Shown: piece by piece, positions 1 to 9,388 of the stretch
How the letters are laid out: every line of letters starts with the position of its first letter
Position numbering within the stretch: position 1 is the stretch's first letter
Assembly (NCBI GenBank): GCA_030614005.1
Contig: JAUWKS010000014.1
Location: 1 to 32,000, forward strand
Direction: 5' to 3'
DNA from: Candidatus Heimdallarchaeota archaeon
GTDB taxonomy: Archaea; Asgardarchaeota; Heimdallarchaeia; JABLTI01
Length of the DNA stretch: 32,000 nucleotides
Notes under the pieces: generated by a model
Database searches by the model: none
The model's input: the letters and a program-made list of their open reading frames with translations, nothing else
Told to the model about the DNA's origin: nothing
Position numbers and translations under genes: made by a program

Positions 1-265
1 AAAGTCCTTTTCTCTGGAGATTGCTGAAAGTATTCCTCGTGCTAACACAAAATTACTTGATCTTCAAGCGTTTATTCTTCTCCATGTCCTATTTGTCCAT
101 ATTTCATGACAGCAGTTGAAGCCCTTTTAAAGGTCAAAAATCAATAAAAATCTCTTAAAACAACTTTTTCTTTCCACATTTTTTCTTTTTTTTCTTTCTA
201 GCTATTTATGAGTAAAACTTTTAATTCCTTGTGTTATTCCTATTCTGCGTCTCCGAGTGATTTAA

Positions 266-1837
266 TTGTCTAAAGAAGATAAGTTATCTAATGAGACTCC
301 TGCATTTGCAGATGAAAGTCCTCTCAATACTCCCCTTGCTGTTTCTATCAATGGTGATTTTAAAGACTCTGGCAAAAAGAGTTCTGAAAAACCTCAGCTA
401 CACACTTCTATTTTAGTGAGTGCAATTGGCATTGGTATGTTTATGAGTGCACTTGACGAATCCATTATCAACGTTAGTTTACCCACTATTGGTGACTACT
501 TCAATGTTGATCAATTGCGTGTTCAGTGGATAGTCTTAGTGTATCTATTGGTTATTGTAGGATTAACTGCCATTGCAGGATATTTAGGTGACCGGTTAAG
601 CACAAAGTTAATTTTTCAAATTGGTATGATTATATTTGCAATTGGTTCTCTTATTTGCGCTCTTTCTAATTCACTAGAAATGTTAGTTTTTGCTCGAGTA
701 ATTCAAGGTATAGGTGCAACAGGTACTTTGGCAAATGGCAATGCTATTGTAGCTAAATTTACTACCGAGGAAAAAAGAGGCTTGTCTATTGGTCTGACAT
801 CTTTGATTTCTGCATTAGGAGTTGTTATTGGTCCTGTTATTGGTGGTATTATTACACGATATCTTCCTTGGCAATATATTTTCTGGATAAATGTTCCAAT
901 AGGCATTGTTGGCATTATTTATGTTCAATTTGCTATTCCTGGTACTCCTCCTTCCGAAAAATCTAGTGCAAAAGCTGATCTACTTGGTTCTGTTCTTTTT
1001 GCATTGTTCATTACTCTCTTTATTCTTGCTCTAGCTCTCTTTGTAGATCCACTTCTCAATCGTCCTATACTCTGGGCAATCTTTTGTTTTTCAATTAGTT
1101 TAGCATTATTAGCTGCCTTTATTCTCTGGGAAAAGAGAACCTCTAATCCTTTCTTAGATTTATCGCTCTTTAAGAATAAGAAATTTACAATTGGAGTTGT
1201 TTGTGCGTTAATTGTCTATATTTCATTGAATTCTGTTGCCTTCCAATTGCCATTTTTCTTACAAGACATGCTCTCTTACACTACGATGAAGATTGGATTA
1301 ATCATCATTGGAGTACCAATTGGTTTAATGATTATGGCACCAATTTCCGGAAAACTATCTAGTAAAATTGATTCTCGATTACTTTCTACAATTGGTTTGG
1401 GTGCTGTTTTAATCTGTTTGATATGCTTAGGTGTATTTCTCTCCCTAACAATGCCACTTTGGTCTTTTATTCTATTAGCTGCTTTTATTGGCTTGGGCAT
1501 AGGCTTGTTTACTTCACCAAATACTAATTCAATTCTTTCCTCATCTCCGAAAGAGAAATTGGGTGTTGTAAGTGGTTTAATAAGCCTTTCTCGGATTGTT
1601 GGTTATAGTATTGGAACTGCTTTATCAACAACTATTTTCACCTTTATTCTTCAATTCTTCCAAAAAACAAATGGTGGTGAGCTAGACGAGGCAATGAACT
1701 ATGTTCCATCAATGAGAATTCTATTCGGTATTCTCTCTTTGTTTGTAGTAATAGCAATTACAATTTCAGCTTTAAGAGGACCAGAAATTCGATCAAATAC
1801 TTCTCCAGAAGTTATCAGTTTTCCTGTTGAAGAATAG
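266..1837 (+). CDS. MFS transporter, DHA2 (14-TM, EmrB/QacA-like) efflux family
   Basis: About 14 hydrophobic segments; LDESIINVSLPTI, motif A-like GYLGDRLSTK, ARVIQGIG and motif C-like IGPVIGGII; TTG start. Confidence 0.9.
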   Translation: MSKEDKLSNETPAFADESPLNTPLAVSINGDFKDSGKKSSEKPQLHTSILVSAIGIGMFMSALDESIINVSLPTIGDYFNVDQLRVQWIVLVYLLVIVGLTAIAGYLGDRLSTKLIFQIGMIIFAIGSLICALSNSLEMLVFARVIQGIGATGTLANGNAIVAKFTTEEKRGLSIGLTSLISALGVVIGPVIGGIITRYLPWQYIFWINVPIGIVGIIYVQFAIPGTPPSEKSSAKADLLGSVLFALFITLFILALALFVDPLLNRPILWAIFCFSISLALLAAFILWEKRTSNPFLDLSLFKNKKFTIGVVCALIVYISLNSVAFQLPFFLQDMLSYTTMKIGLIIIGVPIGLMIMAPISGKLSSKIDSRLLSTIGLGAVLICLICLGVFLSLTMPLWSFILLAAFIGLGIGLFTSPNTNSILSSSPKEKLGVVSGLISLSRIVGYSIGTALSTTIFTFILQFFQKTNGGELDEAMNYVPSMRILFGILSLFVVIAITISALRGPEIRSNTSPEVISFPVEE

Positions 1838-1870
1838 TATTCCCTTATTACTAAATAATTAAATAAACAA

Positions 1871-2962
1871 ATGACGAAGAACTTTCACAAGGTTAGTACA
1901 TTGCCTTACAAGTCAGAGATTCTACTTACAAAGAAGCAAATTGACTCCATATTTCTCTCCCATTTTCCACAAGAAAAAATAGTTGCTATTCAAGAGCTTA
2001 CTCGATCATTCATCAATCCTGTTTACAATGTTACTCTGAATAATTCACAAGACTATATTTTGAAAATCAGCAACCCACGTTGGTCAAATAAACAGAAGAG
2101 AGAACTATTTGCTATGGAATTAGCAAGGAAGAAAACTTCTATTCCTATTCCTGAAGTTTTCATCTCAAGTTTTGATAAATTATTAATTCCATATGATTAT
2201 ATGATACAAGAAAAAATACTAGGTGTTGAATTACGAGCAAATATTAACTCCTCTACTATCTCTGAGAATGAATTGCTAAGTATCATCGAAAAGCTAGGTG
2301 AATATCTAGGAGAATTACATTCAATCAAATTTGATTTCTTCGGAGACTTCACCCACTTGGACGCTGAAATTATTTCACAAGAAAGATCAAAAAGAGATAA
2401 ATTTTGGAACACTCAATTTTTAGATTGGCGTTCTTGCTTCAAAGCCTTTTGTTATGATAATTTGCATTGGGTGGATACTTCCAGCTTTCCACAATATCGA
2501 AAGAAAATAATTTCCAAAATTGAGGATTATTCACAGAAAGTATACAATACTGAATCAGCCTGTTTTGTTCATTCTGACATTCAACCCTCAAATATTTTAA
2601 TTGATGAAAACAAAATTACTGGTATTATTGACTTTGAATGGTCTTTTGCTGGATCTGCTAGTTTCGAGTATGCCTTAGTATTAGCAGGTTTGTGTTTTAG
2701 TTCGTTTCCTTCCCTAGAACAAAGCACGCTCTTTTCTTCTTTTTATGGAACAACGGTAGATGCAATCAAGAAATGTTTTTCACAAGGTTATCAGACAACA
2801 TCAAAGGAATTAATTTCTGAAGAACCGGAAGACTTGACAAATTTCATTTGGCTCCTATTTATGATTGGTTCTTGGAATTGGTCTGTAAAATCTTCGACTG
2901 CTGACGAAGTTCAAGACCTAGAAAAGAGCATTCATAATTTGTTTAAACAACTTATTGAATAA
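1871..2962 (+). CDS. Aminoglycoside phosphotransferase / choline kinase-like (APH) family kinase
   Basis: Brenner-type HSDIQPSNIL followed by GIIDFE, N-lobe YILKI lysine and IPIPEV motif. Confidence 0.8.
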   Translation: MTKNFHKVSTLPYKSEILLTKKQIDSIFLSHFPQEKIVAIQELTRSFINPVYNVTLNNSQDYILKISNPRWSNKQKRELFAMELARKKTSIPIPEVFISSFDKLLIPYDYMIQEKILGVELRANINSSTISENELLSIIEKLGEYLGELHSIKFDFFGDFTHLDAEIISQERSKRDKFWNTQFLDWRSCFKAFCYDNLHWVDTSSFPQYRKKIISKIEDYSQKVYNTESACFVHSDIQPSNILIDENKITGIIDFEWSFAGSASFEYALVLAGLCFSSFPSLEQSTLFSSFYGTTVDAIKKCFSQGYQTTSKELISEEPEDLTNFIWLLFMIGSWNWSVKSSTADEVQDLEKSIHNLFKQLIE

Positions 2963-3064
2963 ACTACTTTTTCTAACATTATAAATAATTTTATATTCCC
3001 TATTATTGAAGGGTTATATCAAGGGGTTATAAACCTCCTAAAACTTTGCCGAAGGACTTCCAAA

Positions 3065-4324
3065 ATGCACCATAGACAAATGAAAACTTTACTGATCATT
3101 GTATCAATTCTAATTCTCCCTTTGAATAATTCTAAATTAACTCACTCTAACAATGTTTCTGGTTACTCTAATTCTCCTAAATTTCAACAGATAATAATTA
3201 ACGCAGGTGCTGATCAAGAACTTATTATCTATACTCATGATAGTTTTTTAGCATGGGGTTTGGATCCCCAGACAACACTAAACGCTGCGTTTTCTGATTG
3301 GGGTGTTGCTAATGATGTTACAATAAACCTCAAACTATTTGGTGGAATGGTTAATGCTCTTAACAGTCTTATTTTTGAGAAAAATGCTCCGGTAGCTGAT
3401 GTTGTTATTGGTCTGGATTCAATAATGGTCAATCGAGCTAAAGACGCTGAAGTTCTAATGCCTTACACGGATGCCAACTTAGAGAATATTTCAACTTCAC
3501 TTATTGCTGCTCTTGACCCAGAAAAGTATCTCTTGCCAATTGATTATGGATTAATTGCTTTAATTTTTGACACTGAATTTATTTCTGCATCAAACTCTCC
3601 TGAATTAGCTGATTTAACTTTTGATAATCTCTTAACCGCTTTTGGCGAGGATTTTGTGGTTCAAGATCCAACTCTAAGTGCAACTGGTATAAACTTCCTT
3701 CTCTATCAAATTATCTTTTACAAAGAAATATTAGATCAAGATTGGAAGGACTGGTGGAGAGCAGCGAAAGGATTAGTAACAATTAGTCGAAGTTGGTCTG
3801 ATTCTTGGAGTCGAGTTTTTAGTGATAAGCAAGATCATATGATGGTTTCTTATGGTACAGATCCTGCCTATAATGCCTTTTTCAATTACAGCTTTGAACA
3901 AAATGCAGCATTAATTAGTAAAGATTCCACAAAATATAGTTGGATGCAAATTGAAGGGATTGGGTTGGTTAACGGTGCAACAAATGTTACTTTAGCAAAA
4001 TCCTATATTGATTTTGCCCTTAGTCCTGCGTTTCAAAATCTTCTTGCATTAAACAATTGGATGTTTCCAGCCAATACTGAAGTTGCATTGCCTCCTAGCT
4101 ATGATTATGCTATAACAGCGGAAAACGTCACAATCTTGAACGATTTTGTTACTCCAGAATATATTGGAGCTAATTATCAAATATGGTTGAATGAATGGGA
4201 ACAATTAATATTCGATACTGGTTTCTGGTGGCTTTGGGTACTCATACCTGCTGTTGTCGCATTAATTGCAATAATTGCTACTGTTGTGATATTTACTCGA
4301 AGTAAGAAATTAGATATTGAATAA
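3065..4324 (+). CDS. thiB: Thiamine-type ABC transporter substrate-binding protein with C-terminal membrane anchor
   Basis: IYTHDSF, ADVVIGLD, DYGLIALIFD, QDPTLSATG, MVSYGTDPAY, QIEG and NWMFPAN match ThiB/TbpA motifs; N-terminal hydrophobic signal and C-terminal TM helix plus basic tail. Confidence 0.8.
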   Translation: MHHRQMKTLLIIVSILILPLNNSKLTHSNNVSGYSNSPKFQQIIINAGADQELIIYTHDSFLAWGLDPQTTLNAAFSDWGVANDVTINLKLFGGMVNALNSLIFEKNAPVADVVIGLDSIMVNRAKDAEVLMPYTDANLENISTSLIAALDPEKYLLPIDYGLIALIFDTEFISASNSPELADLTFDNLLTAFGEDFVVQDPTLSATGINFLLYQIIFYKEILDQDWKDWWRAAKGLVTISRSWSDSWSRVFSDKQDHMMVSYGTDPAYNAFFNYSFEQNAALISKDSTKYSWMQIEGIGLVNGATNVTLAKSYIDFALSPAFQNLLALNNWMFPANTEVALPPSYDYAITAENVTILNDFVTPEYIGANYQIWLNEWEQLIFDTGFWWLWVLIPAVVALIAIIATVVIFTRSKKLDIE

Positions 4325-4332
4325 ATGGAAAT

Positions 4333-4349
4333 TGAAAGTATATCTTTCA
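4333..4349. terminator. Hairpin between convergent thiB-like and TIM-barrel genes
   Basis: TGAAAG-TATAT-CTTTCA inverted repeat in the 30-nt convergent gap. Confidence 0.4.
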
Positions 4350-4354
4350 TTTGC

Positions 4355-5179
4355 TTATTTTTTCCCTGCATTGCGAATTTTTTTTCTCAGTATTGGTCGA
4401 AGTATAGCATATCTTGCTTTTAACTGTAAATAACGAATTTTTGAGAACGGCTTAACACAATGAAGACAAGAATCCATTATACCTTCGAGGTCCAATCCTT
4501 GTGGTTTTATCTCTTGATTTATGACTCCTTTGTATCCAATTCTCTTTAAGAAAAACAAGAAATCGTTAAAGGGCATTTCTCCAAGTCCAAGGGGGAGATG
4601 TACGTCTTCTTCCTTTGTGCTATCTTGTAGATGTACGTAAACGATTTCTTTCACTAATTCTTTTGGTACATCTAGCCAGTTTTTCCAATCAGTTAAGTAT
4701 CTATGAGCAGCATCAATTGTATGTCCAGCTAATTTTTTACCTAAAATATCTTTAGCTTTGAAATAGAAATCCATGAATTCATCATCAGGTTGCCATGGGA
4801 TGTTCTCTAAGACAATTGGAGTATCTATTTTCTGTAAGCGTTCTATTAATAAATCAAAATTAGAATCTGGTGACTCAGGTGGGTGTGATAATGTAAATAG
4901 CATATTCATTTCTTTGTGATGTTCATTTACAAATTCAATTACATTCTCTGCTTTCTTTGCATTCTCTTTTGTTGTGGAGCCTAAATCATATCCTTCTAAA
5001 CCAAAAATTGGCAAATGGAAAGTGGTTGTTAATTTACCCAAATTATCAATAACACCGGCAATATCTGGAATAATCCTTTCATTTACCTCAATATGATCTA
5101 GTTTTATCGCGTGTGCAAACGGAATCAAATTCCCAGCTGTTATTCCCTCATAAGGTTCAATAGTTATTCCAATCTTCAT
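4355..5179 (-). CDS. Sugar phosphate isomerase/epimerase (AP endonuclease 2 / xylose isomerase-like TIM barrel) family protein
   Basis: Metal-binding pattern VLENIP ... TIDAAH ... VHLQDS ... DVHLPLGLG ... INQE. Confidence 0.8.
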   Translation of the reverse strand: MKIGITIEPYEGITAGNLIPFAHAIKLDHIEVNERIIPDIAGVIDNLGKLTTTFHLPIFGLEGYDLGSTTKENAKKAENVIEFVNEHHKEMNMLFTLSHPPESPDSNFDLLIERLQKIDTPIVLENIPWQPDDEFMDFYFKAKDILGKKLAGHTIDAAHRYLTDWKNWLDVPKELVKEIVYVHLQDSTKEEDVHLPLGLGEMPFNDFLFFLKRIGYKGVINQEIKPQGLDLEGIMDSCLHCVKPFSKIRYLQLKARYAILRPILRKKIRNAGKK

Positions 5180-5190
5180 AATGAATAAAA

Positions 5191-5200
5191 ATTGCGCAAT
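5191..5200. promoter_or_regulatory. Perfect palindrome ATTGCGCAAT, candidate operator
   Basis: 10-bp palindrome 11 nt upstream of the start of 4355..5179(-), just downstream of an AT-rich TATA-like run on the minus strand. Confidence 0.3.
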
Positions 5201-5218
5201 AAAAATAAAAGAGTTTTC

Positions 5219-5237
5219 GGTCAGAAATATTCTGACC
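5219..5237. terminator. Hairpin/inverted repeat downstream of the ArsR-like gene
   Basis: GGTCAGAA-ATA-TTCTGACC perfect 8-bp stem 14 nt past the stop of 5252..5878(-); could alternatively be an operator. Confidence 0.45.
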
Positions 5238-5251
5238 TTTTGCTGATTTTT

Positions 5252-5878
5252 TTACAATTTAATAAATTTCATAAGCTCGTTACGAATTTCTTTACAACGT
5301 TCATCATCCGCAGCTAACTGATTAGAAACAAAATTCAGAACATCACGAATTTTATTTTCAGGAATATTACCTTTAATTGCTTTAGCTACTTTTACAACAA
5401 TCCCATGTCGTCGAGAACCATATTCATCTACCAGTTTTTGCGCTTCTTCCAATTCCTTTTTTGAAAGGTTAAAATTAAAACCGTTGTTTACGAAAAACAT
5501 TAGAGGTTCTGTTACATGTCCTTCTTCTCTTTCAATCTCATCGATTGTACTGGCTAATACAAAAGCTGGTGCTGTTCTTTCATAATATGTGATTGATGTT
5601 CTCTTCTTCTTTTCTTCTTTTGCTACTCTAACAAAACCATTTTCTAAAAGAAGATCTAAATGGTGATAACATTTCGGAGCAGATACGCCTAATTTTCTAG
5701 CTATTTCAGGAACAGTTATTTCCTTTCGAATTGTTCCATCTTCATTTTCAATGCCTTCGCGCATTGTTCGTAAAATCTTACGTCTCATGGGATCTACAAG
5801 AATCTTGATTTTTTCTGGATCAGAAACAACTTTTACTATATTGTCTGATACATCATCAATGCTTTTGTTGGGGGACAT
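5252..5878 (-). CDS. ArsR-family winged-helix transcriptional regulator (long form)
   Basis: LVDPMRRKILRTM ... ITVPEIARKLGVSAPKCYHHLDLLLENGFVRV ... YYERTA wHTH pattern. Confidence 0.8.
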   Translation of the reverse strand: MSPNKSIDDVSDNIVKVVSDPEKIKILVDPMRRKILRTMREGIENEDGTIRKEITVPEIARKLGVSAPKCYHHLDLLLENGFVRVAKEEKKKRTSITYYERTAPAFVLASTIDEIEREEGHVTEPLMFFVNNGFNFNLSKKELEEAQKLVDEYGSRRHGIVVKVAKAIKGNIPENKIRDVLNFVSNQLAADDERCKEIRNELMKFIKL

Positions 5879-6044
5879 TAATACTATTCCTTCCTTTTTA
5901 TTGTTAAATATTTTTTTTACTATTCTACTACCACTTTCAAAGATGATATTTCACTATTATATATCTTACTTTAGTAATTAATTTCGATTATTACTCCAAA
6001 ACATTTAAACATTTAATACAATTTAAACGTTTTTTACCTTCTGC

Positions 6045-7064
6045 TCATTTTTGTCGCTTTTTAAGATACTTTACAATAATTTCGACTATATTATCAGGGA
6101 TATTGATTGGTATAACACATCCTGGCGCGATTATTAATCTTCGTCCATTAACAGAATCAATTACTTTTTGAATTGCATTCCTTAGTTTCTCATCTGTAGA
6201 ATTGAGTAAAAATTGTTGTTCTTCAATTCCACCCATTAAAACACCATCAAATTTTGTGAATGCATCTTTAATATCAGGAGGTGTTAATTGATCATGCCAA
6301 TTCAAAGCTTCTGCTGGATAATTTTGTGCTATGAGATTAAACATAATGTTATTTCCGTGGATATGAATTATGTTGAATTTTGCTTTATTCTTGATTGCTT
6401 CTAGAATTTCTAAATCGTTTTTCATACCATATTCTTTGTACTGCTCTTCTGTCAAGAAATCATAAGTTGCTTCTTGTGTTGCGATGAACATACCAATGGC
6501 TCCTTTCTCAATCGATATTTTGGAGAATTCAATCATTGCTTTTGTAATGATTTTTAATCCCTCTTTCAGAGCTGCTGGATTTTCCAGCATTGTTTTCTTT
6601 ACCAATTCTCTATTTTCCACCAATTTTCCTGCAATCATTAGTGGATTGAATATTGTTTCAACAAACGGAGTATCATCCTTCAATCCTTCTCGTATTAAAT
6701 CCAATGCTTTAAGTTGCTCTCCAAACATACCATCATTTACGTCAAGCTCTTCTAAAGTTGCCCAATCATCCATAGTTTTTACTCTATAGCTGGTACAAAA
6801 CGCAGAACCAGATACTTTCTTTTCATCAAAATCTATTTCACATCCCCAATCTGTAACACAATATCTTCCATTTGGACTAACTTTCATAACAAGTGAATCG
6901 AATTTTTCATTATATGCTAGCTGCTTTTTTGCTAATCTATCCGCATACAAGTCATCTATTGGGAAATGCCTCCAAACTGCATGTGGAGTTGTTTCTAGTT
7001 CTTCTCCATTTATTACATCATTTAACAATTCTATTTTGGATTTCTTCATTGTTTCTTCTCTCAA
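6045..7064 (-). CDS. Uroporphyrinogen decarboxylase superfamily (URO-D/MtaA-like) protein
   Basis: About 335-aa TIM barrel with TIFNPL, IIHIHG, LNW, VLMGGI and terminal LIIAPGCVIP motifs of the URO-D/cobamide methyltransferase superfamily. Confidence 0.75.
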   Translation of the reverse strand: MREETMKKSKIELLNDVINGEELETTPHAVWRHFPIDDLYADRLAKKQLAYNEKFDSLVMKVSPNGRYCVTDWGCEIDFDEKKVSGSAFCTSYRVKTMDDWATLEELDVNDGMFGEQLKALDLIREGLKDDTPFVETIFNPLMIAGKLVENRELVKKTMLENPAALKEGLKIITKAMIEFSKISIEKGAIGMFIATQEATYDFLTEEQYKEYGMKNDLEILEAIKNKAKFNIIHIHGNNIMFNLIAQNYPAEALNWHDQLTPPDIKDAFTKFDGVLMGGIEEQQFLLNSTDEKLRNAIQKVIDSVNGRRLIIAPGCVIPINIPDNIVEIIVKYLKKRQK

Positions 7065-7075
7065 AATAATGTCTT

Positions 7076-7510
7076 TTATTGGACTGTTACTTTAATTTTT
7101 TTTGCATTTCCTTTTTCTGCGATTATTGTGTATGTTCCTTTTTCTAAGTCCTTTACTTCAATAACAGTACTAAATGGTTTTAATGCCTGTCCAGACATCG
7201 TCCCTGCTTTTTTTGCTCCTATTACTGATAGGATGATTTCATTTTCTTGGACATTTGCATAATCGTCATCAAGTTTGTATCCTAAATCAGGAAAATTCCC
7301 ACTAACTGAAATCTTCAATATTTCTCCTCCTTTTATTGTGCTTGGAGCAGACATTTTGCTTATCCAAGATGATTTTTTCGTGAAAGCACCTGTCTTCTTT
7401 TCAGGAGTTTTTGAGGAACCACCTTTTCCACTTCTTGGAATTGGTTGCGTTATTTGTTCTTTCGATTGTTTCTTCTCTTTTTTTGAAAACCATTTTTTAA
7501 AAAAGGACAT
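7076..7510 (-). CDS. Hypothetical protein with small beta-sandwich C-terminal domain (PrcB_C-like) and basic N-terminal extension
   Basis: ISVSGNFPDLGYKL ... IILSVIGAKK ... QALKPFSTVIEVKDLEKGTYTI resembles PrcB_C-type domains (recalled pattern); co-oriented with the URO-D gene, 11-nt gap. Confidence 0.45.
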   Translation of the reverse strand: MSFFKKWFSKKEKKQSKEQITQPIPRSGKGGSSKTPEKKTGAFTKKSSWISKMSAPSTIKGGEILKISVSGNFPDLGYKLDDDYANVQENEIILSVIGAKKAGTMSGQALKPFSTVIEVKDLEKGTYTIIAEKGNAKKIKVTVQ

Positions 7511-7681
7511 CTGTATTTTTCACCTAACTTGTGTATCTACGATTCAATTAATATGATTTAAATTTAAGGTTTCTCTTACAAAAAAATACTTGATTTCTGT
7601 TCAAATTTGAGGTAATAATTTACACAAAACTTTAATTTAGATAATTTTCAACAATTCATCAGCAGATATTTCCTCTTAGGT

Positions 7682-9352
7682 TTGATACGAATGCCAGTAA
7701 TAGATATCCCCCTCGCAAAACTCAATAAACTACTTGGTAAAGACCTCACTGTAGATGAGATTGAAGAATATTCTCTACAACTGGGCACCAAAATCGATGA
7801 TAAACGTGAAGATAGCATTAAAATTGAATATGATCCAAATAGACCTGATTTTTGTAGTATTCCTGGTTTTGCTCGAGCATTGAAAGGTATTATTGGCCTT
7901 GAAACTGGTTTACCTAAATATGCATTGAAAGGTAGTGGCATTAAAGTCAAAGTCGAGACATCTGTTGCAAAAGTACGACCAATAATTAAATGCGCCGTAA
8001 TACGGGGAGTCAATTTAGACGCAGATGACATTGCTGACTTAATGCATACACAGGAAACTCTTCATTGGGTTATCGGTAGGGATCGAAAAAAAGTCAGTAT
8101 TGGCATTCATGATATGAAAGATTTAGCCCCTCCCTACAAATACTATGGAGTTAAAGCAGATAGTCATCCATTTGTTCCTCTTGGCGAGAACGTGGAAATG
8201 ACTCCTCAACAAATCTGTAAGGATCATCCGAAAGGGTCTAAATATGCTCATTTAGTTCAACCAGATGGTATTGTTCCTTTTCTAGTGGATAATAATGAAG
8301 GTGTTTTGTCATTCCCTCCTATTATAAATGGGATTTTAACACTTGTAACAGAAAAAACAAAGGATATCTTCATTGATGCTACTGGTACAGATGACCGCGC
8401 AGTCACAAATGCACTTGAAATTCTAACCTCTTCCTTTGCTGAAAATGGTTATCAAGTTGAAACTGTAACTATTGAAATGTCTGATGGACAGAAAATCGCT
8501 ACTCCTACTTTTGCAGCAACTTTAAAACAATTGCATCCAAAATATGTTGCTGAGATTCTAGGTCTAGAATTGACTCGAGATGAACTCATTAAATATCTCT
8601 TGAAAGCTAGATATGGCATTGATAAATCTACCAAAGAAGGAAAAACTATTCCAGTACAAGTTCCTTCCTACAGAGTTGATGTTCTTCATGAAGTCGATCT
8701 CATAGAAGATGTTGCAATAGCTTATGGTTATCATCTAATGGAACCTGAAATCGATGATATTGTTTTCTATGGTTCTCAACATCCTGTATTCAGAATGCAA
8801 AATAAATGCAGAGAAATTCTAATTGGATTGGGGTTCATTGAAATGGTAAGTTATACACTCGTTTCTAGAAACTGGCATTATTCAAAAATGCGAACTGAAG
8901 GAAATCCAATTGAGCTATTAAATCCGGTAAGTAGTGAATTCAATATTTTCCGTGATAGTATAGTTCCTAGTTTAATCAACATTCTACAAAAAAACAAACC
9001 CCATTCTCTTCCACAGAAAATATTCGAAGTAGGAGACATCTCAAGAAGAGATGATTCACTAGAAACAAAAGCCTCTCGAGAGATTTTCTTAAGTGGTGCA
9101 ATTATTCATCCTAAAATGAATTTTGTTGAAATTAAATCAAATGTAGAAGCAATCCTAAAAGCGCTTGGAGTTAAAAAATACAAACTTCAAAGTGCATCTC
9201 ATCCAAGCTTCTTCGATGGTAGATGTGCAAAGATAATGGTTAAAGGTTCAAAGATTGGTATTTTTGGAGAAATACATCCTGAAGTCCTTACAAATTTTGA
9301 GCTTGAAAATCCTGTAGGTGCATTTGAAATCGAAGTAGAGAAACTTTTCTAA
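7682..9352 (+). CDS. pheT: Phenylalanine--tRNA ligase beta subunit (archaeal/eukaryotic type)
   Basis: PNRPDFCS, IGIHD, LSFPPIING, RVDVLHEVDLIEDVAIAYGY, FGEIHPEVL; true start may be the ATG at 7691. Confidence 0.97.
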   Translation: MIRMPVIDIPLAKLNKLLGKDLTVDEIEEYSLQLGTKIDDKREDSIKIEYDPNRPDFCSIPGFARALKGIIGLETGLPKYALKGSGIKVKVETSVAKVRPIIKCAVIRGVNLDADDIADLMHTQETLHWVIGRDRKKVSIGIHDMKDLAPPYKYYGVKADSHPFVPLGENVEMTPQQICKDHPKGSKYAHLVQPDGIVPFLVDNNEGVLSFPPIINGILTLVTEKTKDIFIDATGTDDRAVTNALEILTSSFAENGYQVETVTIEMSDGQKIATPTFAATLKQLHPKYVAEILGLELTRDELIKYLLKARYGIDKSTKEGKTIPVQVPSYRVDVLHEVDLIEDVAIAYGYHLMEPEIDDIVFYGSQHPVFRMQNKCREILIGLGFIEMVSYTLVSRNWHYSKMRTEGNPIELLNPVSSEFNIFRDSIVPSLINILQKNKPHSLPQKIFEVGDISRRDDSLETKASREIFLSGAIIHPKMNFVEIKSNVEAILKALGVKKYKLQSASHPSFFDGRCAKIMVKGSKIGIFGEIHPEVLTNFELENPVGAFEIEVEKLF

Positions 9353-9355
9353 ACG

Positions 9356-9369
9356 AAAAAAATTTTTTT
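9356..9369. terminator. Bidirectional A7-T7 poly-U terminator between convergent pheT and pheS
   Basis: AAAAAAATTTTTTT gives a U7 tract on each strand within the 36-nt convergent gap. Confidence 0.55.
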
Positions 9370-9388
9370 GAAAGCTGATTTCTAACTT

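Noticed and set aside
1-147. Gene tail at the left edge with a CPIC motif in frame +1 (SSPCPICPYFMTAVEALLKVKNQ) and a plausible frame +2 peptide (EIAESIPRANTKLL) suggesting a frameshift or selenocysteine read-through
   Set aside because: Frame +1 has TAA at 43-45 as well as TGA codons, so Sec read-through does not rescue it; too little sequence to judge a frameshift or pseudogene.
1871-2962. Calling the APH-family kinase an antibiotic resistance gene
   Set aside because: Only superfamily motifs are visible, and these are shared by choline/ethanolamine and other small-molecule kinases.
2963-3064. Possible TPP riboswitch upstream of the thiB-like gene
   Set aside because: The conserved CUGAGA and related core segments are absent.
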